Shown here: positions 24,226 to 32,989 of the stretch, in pieces
Layout: each line of letters opens with the position of its first letter
Numbering within the stretch: position 1 is the first letter of the stretch
Source of the DNA: Octopus bimaculoides
Lineage: Eukaryota
Assembly (NCBI RefSeq): GCF_001194135.2
Contig: NC_068989.1
Location: forward strand, 8,579,614 to 8,612,602
Direction: 5' to 3'
DNA: 32,989 nt
Translations under genes and position numbers: made by a program
Notes under the pieces: generated by a model
What the model was told of the DNA's origin: nothing
Seen by the model: the letters and a program-made list of their open reading frames with translations, nothing else
The model's database searches: none

Positions 24226-24880
24226 GAAATAATAATAATAATAACAATATAATTACGCTCTTGCGAACAAACAAACAAACAAAATTTGTTGGCTGTCACT
24301 GAATCCGTTAAAGCTTTTTTTAAAACTATGTCAAGTTGTTAAATGCAAAAAAAAAAGAAAAAAATGTTCTCTTTATTTGGTTTTCGGTTTTGTATAATCG
24401 TCATCAGCCTTGTAAACAAATATTTGTAATGCAAACAATTTATTCTGTCCAATGTATAGTTGAATGTTAATATCGTCCGTTATGTATTGTCATTCATTTC
24501 AAACCTCTTTTTTATCTTCTGTTATTGTTATAGAAAGCGTATATAATGTTTTAAACAGGAAGTGTCAGTTGTGAGGTTACAAAACTTTGCTATTATTACC
24601 AATAATACTTTTGTTGAATAAAAGGGAGTCAGGGAATATATATTGGAACTTAGGCTTATTCTGTTACATTGTTCCAATGTCTCTCAAGAAATTGAAGTCC
24701 ATCCCCAGTATGTTAACGTTTTGTTTCTCTTTGTTTATTCTGCATCGTTCCTAAATAAATATACTGATGTCGAAACATTTAGTTTTGACTACAAGCTAGT
24801 TGTTTCAGTTTGAGATATAAGATTAGCAACACGCACACAAACACTCACACAGAACACAACAACGCACACACACACTTTAG

Positions 24881-25215
24881 TTACCGTGTGGTTAGCAGTT
24901 TGTTTCTCAACCTCATGGTTCAAGGTTCACTTACTCTGCGTGGCAACTTGGCAAGTGTTTTCTCCTATTGCCCCGAGCCGAATAAAGCCCCGTGAGTTGA
25001 TTTAGTCGATGGAGACTGAAAGAAGTACGCTGTGTTTCTGAGTACGTGTTTTTTCTCCTTCCACTGCTTGCCAACCGGTGTTGGTGGGTTTACATCGCCG
25101 TAGCCTAGCCGTTCGGCAATCAATAGCCAAATGAATAATTATCAGGCTTTAAAAAATGCAATGGAATCGATAGATTCGACTACACCTTTCAAGGTGGTGC
25201 CACATAATGGTGGTC
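24881..25215 (+). mobile_element. SINE family B, near full length, degenerate
   Basis: gtgtggttagcag...gcgtggcaacttggcaagtg...gactgaaagaag...tgcttgccaaccggtgttggtg...ttcaaggtggtgcc. Confidence 0.8.
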
Positions 25216-25259
25216 GAAATCGGGGGGAAACAAACACAGATACACACAAATATATATTT

Positions 25260-25378
25260 CAGTTCCCATCTACCAAATCCACTCACAAGGACTTGGTCAG
25301 CCCGAGGATATAGTATAACACACTTGCCCTAGGTGCTACAAAGTGGGGACTGAACTTGGAACCATATGGTTTGGAAAG
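25260..25378 (-). mobile_element. SINE family B, 5' part, inverted
   Basis: ccatctaccaaatccactcacaagg..ttggtcagcccgagg...cacttgccctaggtgc...gggactgaac..ggaaccatatgg. Confidence 0.85.
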
Positions 25379-25399
25379 GGACGTAAGACTGCTTTCCCG

Positions 25400-25585
25400 G
25401 AGTCACCTACCCGTAATGGAGACATCGGTCCATCTTAGGGTCACTCATTTTTTCTAACTGAGGGGACTGGTGCAATGTGAAATGAAGTGTTTTGCTCAAG
25501 GACACAATGCATTGCCCGGCCCAGCATTCGAAACCACAAACTTGTGATCATGAGTGCATCACAATAACCAGTAAACCGCGCGCAT
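25400..25585 (-). mobile_element. CORE-type SINE (family C)
   Basis: Contains the reverse complement of a CORE-like segment: ggtgcaatgtgaaatgaagtgttttgctcaaggacacaatgca, followed by B-box-like ttcgaaacc. Confidence 0.8.
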
Positions 25586-25589
25586 CCAT

Positions 25590-25850
25590 GTACACATATA
25601 CATGCATAAAATGTATATATTTGTATGTATATAGATACATGTGTGTTTGTATGTATATATATATATATGTATATACATATGTATATATATATGCATATAC
25701 ATATATATACATATACATATACATGTGTGTATATATGTATGTATATATATATACATATATATATAATATATACATGTGTGTATGTAGATGTGTATATATA
25801 TACGTATACATGGCTATGTATGTATATCTGTATGTATGTATGTGTTCGTG
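25590..25850. repeat. Degenerate AT/GT/AC dinucleotide field
   Basis: Seen directly; source of several artefactual I/Y/C/V ORFs. Confidence 0.9.
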
Positions 25851-26868
25851 CGTGTAGATTTATGTATCTCGGTAAGAGGGAGAAAAGCACGAGAAAGAGA
25901 CAGGGTATGAGACACTTAGAAATGACTACCTTTGAGAACGTGTGTATGTGTATATGTATATATGTGCGTGTGTCTCTTCTTTAAACTATATTACCGTATG
26001 TAAATGAATTAGTTTTTAGAACGTTATAAAAAAAACCGATCTCGAGTAAGTCTTCTCTTCTCATCATTTATTAAAGATGTTAAAAAGGGAAAAAGAAAAG
26101 ATACAACATAGTGTCGATAAAATAACTTTGGTTAATAGGTTAAAGAAAAGAAAACCTGGAAGAAAACTATAATAGATAACCAGCTATTCATTTGAACAAG
26201 AAAACTATTTGCTATTGGTTTCATTTATTTTTTACGAGCCACATTAAATCCTTTGACGAAAGTCATTATAATATTTTTTTTTTTCAAACTACGTTGTATT
26301 GATCACGCTTGTTACATTCTTCTCCATCTACTCTTTCGTACGGGTGAATCAACACTACCTTTTTAGAAGCATTCACTATAAATTAGCTGACAGATTTGTT
26401 TAGAATTATATTTTTTTGTCTGTATTGTGTATTACATATTATATGTAACTTCCATCCAATGATTTCACACTTTTAATTCTGGTTAAAGTATCATAGAATC
26501 CATTAGTTTCTGTGGATCCTCACTTTCCATATCGAGATTATTCTCTATGATAAACTGTCAAAATAAATTGAATTTTCCTACCTAGCACTTTATTATGCCT
26601 TCTCCCATAAATCCCTTTCTTGTTTTAATCTGATTTAATGCCATACACTTTACCAGACCAAATATATCATTTATATTTTTAGAAAGAATCCTCCTCTCTA
26701 TTCCTAAAATCTTATGTTAAAATTGAGTTGGAACGAATTTTTTCAATACGTAATTTTATTCATATTTTAAAATCGTAAGCGGGAGAACTAATAAGTAGAC
26801 TTTGCCAGAATGTATTTTTGTCTCAGTAATTGTTTCTGAGGTCAAATACTGTTAATGTTGCTTTTCAC

Positions 26869-27085
26869 AAAGGCGGCGAAGCGGCGGAATCGTTAGCACG
26901 CCGAGCACAATGTCTAGCGGTATTTCGTCCTTCTTCACATTCTGAGCTTAAATTCCGCCGAGGTCGACTTTGCTTTTCATCCTTTCGGGGCTCATAAAAT
27001 AAGTAAGAGTTAAATACTGGTGGTAGATGCAATCGACTTACCCTCCACCTCCGAAATTGCTGGCCTTGTGTCAAAATTTGAAATT
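26869..27085 (+). mobile_element. SINE family A, full copy
   Basis: AAGGCGGCGAAGCGGCGGAATCGTTAGCACGCC...AAATTCCGCCGAGGTCGACTTTGC...TTGTGTCAAAATTTGAAA. Confidence 0.9.
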
Positions 27086-27149
27086 AATATTCCATTTCAC
27101 TACTGTAGAAGCAATACAATAATTCTAACATTTTATTTAGGCAAAACTA

Positions 27150-27345
27150 TTAGTGCGTCGTCGGAAAAGTGTTTAGCGCTATTCCTTCTCGTTCTTCACA
27201 ATTTAAATTAAAATTCTACCGATGCCGTTTTTGCCTTTCATCATCTCAGGGTCGATAAAATAAGTACCAATTGAACATTGAGGTTGATGTCGTCGAGTTA
27301 ACCCTTCCCCTGAACTTGATGGTTTTGTGCCCAATATTTGAAATT
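27150..27345 (+). mobile_element. SINE family A, older degenerate copy
   Basis: ttgcctttcatcatctcagggtcgataaaataagtaccaattg...ttgtgcccaatatttgaaa, with a decayed 5' half. Confidence 0.75.
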
Positions 27346-28746
27346 ACTTCGTCTGTATCACTTCTTGAAATTTGGCTTTTTTACGAGTCAGCAAGAAAGA
27401 CACTATGCAATCGCACGCTCTCTTACGATGCACTTAAAAATGGAAGATCATATGCAATGCGGTTCTAGATGTAACAAAAAAAAAAGGACGACATAGCCTC
27501 TGAGAGAATGCATTCTTTTATGAGTTTGCTTCATCAAGACTGAACGGAGGCAAGTAATACCGTTCTGGATTCCTGACAGCGAAATAATTACTGAAAACTG
27601 AGACACGGAATCACAACAGAATTAACATTCACAGCACTCACAGAAATGAAAGTATATAATAGATTCTTTTTCAATGTTGATACAATAGTCACTCCTCTCA
27701 TAGTAAACGTTAGCATTGTTGATTACTCGAACTACAACTATAATTAGTCACCTATACAGATATGCTTCACACGTATTTGAATCTGTGGGAAAATGATTCA
27801 ATGTAATTTGTAATGGAGAACGATTCTTGCGGTAGAAAAATGAATGTAAATACAGTAAATCAGTTCGAGGCGCCTCCTACCCAGATTGACGGATGCATGC
27901 GTTTCGGAGCAGTTAACTCCTTTTCAGTACAAGCATTGGAAAGAGAACTACTACATGCTGACAACGGGAGATTACATCTCTCTCTTCTTATATTCCAGTC
28001 AACATAAGGATTAGAAGTGCTAAGCAGCGCTGTGTACAAATATAAAATTATAACATCCGCTAATATCTTTGACAAACACATTAAATTTACTTACTCACTT
28101 AGATTACCCACATTACTCGTAAAAGAATTATTCTGGCATTCATTATGTGTATGACACATCACAGTCACAGGTGTGCAGCACGAAATATTAAATATTATAG
28201 TGAGAGACAATTCAAGGTCTAGGTTCAATAAACTGTCTAACCCCCACTAACCTAATGAATACTTTCAGACGTAATCTGGTCTCATCATGCTTTGACTGTG
28301 TCTATTAAAATTTAATGATTGGTATAACACAGGGCGTTCATATATTTCATAAGTAGAATATAGATTTACTTTATTCTTCCGTTATAGAAAGATATTGGAA
28401 ATATTTAATATATGTAAGTACATTTATATCTTTAAAACACTGTTTTATTATTATGTGTTGTTTTTTTCTCATTCTCACTACGACGAGATTACAATCTCAG
28501 AATGATTTTGCTTTCCATCTTGTCAATCTCCATTTAACAAGTCACGTAATGACGTTGGTTAAAGATTAGAGATATTAGCCGAAAAGCTTTACATTGAACA
28601 TTGTAAAATTTATGTAACACGATCTCTTATGATAAATCTCTCCAATCTTTATTGCAACGTTGATAACACACCAACTATGTTAATATCCTAAACTATTACA
28701 TTAAAAAAGGGATTGTATCGATTTTTAGAGACTTCATATTAGTTAC

Positions 28747-28807
28747 TCCACTAAAGGCGGACATATTGACAATATTTTCCTCTGCCTCATTTTGTTGCTG
28801 CATAGGA
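28747..28807 (-). CDS. Candidate 61-nt exon ([20 protein letters not shown]), phase 2 to 0
   Basis: Acceptor ctacttttgatatttag|T and moderate donor GGA|GTAACT; phase-compatible with the 30632 donor. Confidence 0.3.
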
Positions 28808-28864
28808 CTAAATATCAAAAGTAGATATTTGTGATAACAATCTCGTCCAAGGTTATGTGCATTT

Positions 28865-28865
<1 letters not shown>

Positions 28866-28963
<98 letters not shown>

Positions 28964-28964
28964 C

Positions 28965-29011
<47 letters not shown>

Positions 29012-29053
29012 CATATATATATATGAATGTATGTGAATGCATGTGTATATGTG

Positions 29054-29099
<46 letters not shown>

Positions 29100-29132
29100 T
29101 ATATGAACACATATATATACATGTATCTATAG

Positions 29133-29166
<34 letters not shown>
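28866..29166. repeat. Compound (AT)n(AG)n(ATAG)n...(AT)n...(AC)n microsatellite
   Basis: Seen directly. Confidence 0.97.
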
Positions 29167-29170
<4 letters not shown>

Positions 29171-29823
29171 TCCTAAATACATATGCTTGTACTTCTCTTT
29201 GTTGTCATGTCTGTATGCTAGTGTACATATATGTCTGTGTGTGTGTGTGTCTGTGTGTTTGCTTGTGTTTGCGTAAGCGTTTGCGTGTGGGTTTGAGTGA
29301 GTGGGATATATAATATTGTAAAACCAGAACGTTTCCAAGACCTGATAAGTGTAAATCCCTCAGTAGTTTTCAGCATCTGATTTGTCTTCTTCCTTCAAGT
29401 GGACAACAGTATTTGTATGTCTGAGATCAGCTGTTAGCTATTCTCGTATCAAGAATATGGCATCTTACTTGTAGTGTTTCATTCCTAAGTTAAAATGTGA
29501 GCATATCTCAGCCAGAAACCAATCGGGTTCGACTGACTTGTTGGTTGTTAGGATGCAGATTGTTGTTTTGGTTAATGTAATCTCGCATACTACAGATATG
29601 AAGTTTGTTATTGATGTTTATGAACTGTTTTCCAAAGTTCTTCTGTTGGTGTCACTAATACGATTAAATAGGAGTGATGTTGAAAATCATAATCACATAC
29701 AAACTATTAAACTTCTGGTGTAAAAAGGAGTTTTCTATTTTATCTTCCCATCTTAGCTTTCATATCTGCACCAGAATTTCCTGTTATGGTGTGTGTCTTA
29801 CATCTGAACATCTGAACACCAAT

Positions 29824-30069
29824 AGAAGAGACCTACAGTACTTTGGTCACATATTAAGAAAACTGGATATAACATGGCGTGTGCCATTTACCTTTCATTC
29901 GAGTGGTACACTAAATGGCAAACGCTCAAAAACATTATCTAGAACAAACTTGATTGATAACACCAAGGACTGGACTAATCTATCATATGGTCAATGTGTC
30001 AGAATGGCAAAGAAAACGCACGAATGGAGAACCATGATATTCAATCGGTTCAGAGCAGATGACACATAA
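29824..30069 (+). mobile_element. RTE-clade LINE, 3' end of the reverse-transcriptase ORF (5'-truncated fossil)
   Basis: RRDLQYFGHILRK...GTLNGKRSK...IDNTKDWTNLSYGQCVRMAK..EWRTM..RFRADDT* matches the typical RTE C-terminus (YFGHxxR...GKRxRGR...WxDNIKEWT...WR...RADGT*), recognised from memory. Confidence 0.85.
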
Positions 30070-30294
30070 TAATGACAATTTAGACATATGTATTGCTTTT
30101 TAACACAGAAGCCTCTTTCGGACTCACTAACAAGCAATAGTCATATTTTTTATTCGATGTTGAACAGGTACACCTGCATGTTCGAATCGATGGATTTGCA
30201 GAGTTCAAAGTTTCTCTGCGACTCGCGCGTTCATGTTCACACACCGATAATTATCTCCGCCTGCAGTGTCGTCTTTTTGGCTTTATGTAATCGG

Positions 30295-30500
30295 TCATGC
30301 ACCGTGCCGGGACGAAGTATCGTATTATTAGTAGTTTGTTACATTCTGGGTTCAAACTCTGCCGTGGTCGACTTTGCCTTTTATAATTTCGGGTTGATAG
30401 ATTAAGCACCAGATAGATTAAGAAACAATGAGGTCGATGTAATCAACTTGTCCCCTCCCACCAAATTTCAGGCTTTGTGCTTATAGTAGAAAGGATTATT
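30295..30500 (+). mobile_element. SINE family A, degenerate copy
   Basis: gggttcaaactctgccgtggtcgactttgcc...gtgcttatagtagaaaggattatt. Confidence 0.8.
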
Positions 30501-30567
30501 TGTGCTTTGTAACACGTAATACTCGTCCATTAGCATTAGCGTTCTCTTGCTTCACAGATGTCCTTTA

Positions 30568-30603
30568 TGGACCAACGAGTCTGCCAGCTCATCGCCTTCG
30601 AGT
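30568..30603 (-). mobile_element. SINE family A, head fragment
   Basis: The minus strand reads GAAGGCGATGAGCTGGCAGACTCGTTGG. Confidence 0.6.
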
Positions 30604-30631
30604 TTCCTAATATTAAAATCTCGCTGTTTAC

Positions 30632-30846
30632 CGTGCAGATAACGATTTCTGTCGGAAAATATCACCACGGTTCAGCGAAAAGTTTGTTCGCTTAAGATTA
30701 TAATCATCGATTCTTGTTAGATTCATTGATCCGAGTACTTCATGCTGACGGGACACAGCATGTAGAAACATCGGTGTCCTAGAATCCCTTGTACTAATGA
30801 ATCGATTGTACTGTGAACTCATAGTGGTCGTTAGAGAGAAGCTATC
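30632..30846 (-). CDS. Candidate exon (DSFSLTTTMSSQYNRFISTRDSRTPMFLHAVSRQHEVLGSMNLTRIDDYNLKRTNFSLNRGDIFRQKSLSAR), phase 0 to 2
   Basis: Non-repetitive 78-aa ORF in the track; branch-like TACTAAT plus pyrimidine tract before ggag|GAT; the ORF ends exactly at donor ACG|GTAAAC. Confidence 0.45.
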
Positions 30847-31139
30847 CTCCCGTGAAGAAAACAAGAGCGATTAGTATATTCACGTTGCAATATGCCGTAC
30901 TTATTAAAAATAAGTCATCGTTTCGAATTACGCTGTTCACCGTGTAAATAACGGTATATAATATAAAAATAATTTAGTGAGAAATAAATGTCTGGAAATG
31001 ATAAATTAAATCTTTATATCAATGCAAGTTTTAAGAATATACTTATTTCAATGCCTGACTTTGGTTTAAGCAGTTTTATTGAAAAATGATGATCCGTATT
31101 ATAATGATAACCTTTTCGATTCAGACGAAGTCAATTTTC

Positions 31140-31290
31140 AGACAAATAGTTGAATATCTAACATCGTCAAGGAGTGAACAACGGACTTGAATAGGTATTA
31201 TAGTTACAGACGGATTCATTATAGAGTTGATTGTGGGAGACAGAATAAATATCAGTATGCCGTCATCATTGCGTACAGATGACACATAAT
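31140..31290 (+). mobile_element. Second, more decayed RTE-like LINE 3' tip
   Basis: Ends CAGATGACACATAAT, as does the 30055-30070 end, and encodes ..LRTDDT*; upstream aacatcgtcaaggagtg resembles the NIKEW segment. Confidence 0.45.
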
Positions 31291-31762
31291 TTTATCCTCT
31301 AATTGTCGTAGCATTACTGAAAGTCCGAGTCACTAAAATTTATGGAAACAAAAGAAATTGAAATAAAATTTCAGAATAGTCGAAAGGTAAGTAATTCTTC
31401 CTAATCTTCTCACACTAACAATCGATTTTCAATTGCCTGACAGTTATTTTGATATATCAACGGTCTTAATAAAAATAGCAACGCTTCGGCTTTAAATGAG
31501 ATTTAATGTCCATGCAGTAATCACACCAACTGAAAAGATACCACCAAATAGGTACTTCCATAAGTTGTTAAAGAAACCTTTCCTAATAAAATATAATGTC
31601 TCGACTTTAAAGAGAACAATTTAATCATGTATCAAGCGGACGTTAATTCACTTAAAGGTTGAAAATGTTAAGAAAAGCAATACCTTATAGCTCAATATAT
31701 TTCTTCGCTGAAATTTTCATTCATCATTACAGAACCAATCAACAGATTAGAATTTTCCTCAC

Positions 31763-31833
31763 CCCGCTCCAGTCGCATAACTGACATTTCAAATGTGTTG
31801 ATTACAATTGCTGACGATGGTGACTGAGCATCA
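31763..31833 (-). CDS. Candidate exon (DAQSPSSAIVINTFEMSVMRLER), phase 2 to 1
   Basis: Acceptor atttttcttaatcag|T and donor GGG|GTGAGG; one open frame. Not phase-compatible with the 30846 candidate. Confidence 0.35.
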
Positions 31834-31999
31834 CTGATTAAGAAAAATCTCCCTTGAATACCCTGCCCTTTGTTTGAATATCAGGTGTTTAATATACTGT
31901 CTTTTAAAATATAATATATATTTAAAACAATAGGGTATGAGATAAAGGAAAATCGGCTGTTATCTCTAGCAGACTCTCCTTTATTTCCTTCAATACTGG

Positions 32000-32210
32000 C
32001 TTCAAATATTAGCGCAAGGCCATCAATTTCGAGGAAGAGAGCAAGTTGATTAAATCGACCCCTGTGCTCATCTAATGTTTATTTTCTTGCTATTAAGAGG
32101 GATAAAAGGCAAAGATGACCTCGGCAGAGTTTGAACTCAGAACGGAAACGGATGAAATTCCAATAAGTATTTTTGTTCGGCGTGCTAAGGAACGACTCTG
32201 TCAGCTCACA
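32000..32210 (-). mobile_element. SINE family A, degenerate copy
   Basis: aaaggcaaagatgacctcggcagagtttgaactcagaac...cggcgtgctaa..gactctgtcagctcac. Confidence 0.82.
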
Positions 32211-32689
32211 GCATTTTTCTTTTCGATATTAATAAATGAATATTCGAAGAGGAGAAGGGTTGGTTGGTGGTGATGTCCATGTACGAGCATTAGCAACCCA
32301 AATGAAATGTTTTTACAGGATCAGCAAGGATTTGGTAGAAATAGAATGGAAGAGAAAGAGGAGAGAAGGTATATCTGTGTGTATTTTTACATGTATGTGT
32401 GTGTGTTTATGTGTGCGTCGGTGAGTTTGTTGTATTGCAGTTTGAGCGTATGCGTGTGTTTGAAAGTAATAAGGAAGCATAGACCACATTACTGAGGAAG
32501 TGCAGTGACAAATATTTTCAATAAAGCGTAAAAGGGAAGTTAACGAAAAGCGTGACATTTTGGTCCAGTAAGGGATAATAAACAGAAGACAACCACATTT
32601 TAAGCCGAATAAATGTTGAGATCTAAATGATAATACATAAAGATATTCGACAAAAATTAATACTGAAGTTAAGATTTTGCGAACGCACA

Positions 32690-32718
32690 CAAACACACGC
32701 ACACACATACACACACAC

Positions 32719-32759
<41 letters not shown>

Positions 32760-32760
32760 A
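32690..32760. repeat. (AC)n(AT)n microsatellite
   Basis: Seen directly. Confidence 0.92.
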
Positions 32761-32989
32761 TATTAAATTTATAAATTTATATGCGCATATATTTGTATAC
32801 ATCTCTTTCATATTATGGATAATTATATGCATTGTTATATGTTTATACGTCTTAGAGATAGACGCCTGCGCACACACACATACATACACACACATACAGT
32901 TATTGAAGAAAGAAAGTTCGCAGACAACTGATTTGTGTATTTCAAGCTAATACATAACTGTTTTGTATGTCAAAACAGATAAAGAAAAC

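Noticed and set aside
17903-32210. tRNA genes
   Set aside because: The A/B-box-like motifs belong to SINE heads; no cloverleaf is evident, and they continue into SINE bodies.

Overview
Eukaryotic, AT-rich, microsatellite-dense animal DNA; it is not prokaryotic, and I see no CRISPR array, rRNA or true tRNA gene. The SINE families, LINE remnants and microsatellite-flanked N gaps resemble an Octopus draft assembly (species assignment from recall, not searched). Almost all ORFs in the supplied track are artefacts of (AT)n/(GT)n repeats or N gaps. The window holds about 20 copies or fragments of three tRNA-derived SINE families, RTE- and Tx1-like LINE fossils, three gaps and many compound microsatellites. 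It also holds a set of minus-strand exon candidates with good splice sites that may form one unrecognised intron-rich gene. The two oddest features are (i) a 21-bp tandem array behind a good acceptor encoding six PEYxxxx heptads, and (ii) a 216-nt phase-0/phase-0 exon-like block with strong splice sites but two in-frame stops (TGA, TAA). All exon calls are by eye and tentative; no gene symbol could be assigned.
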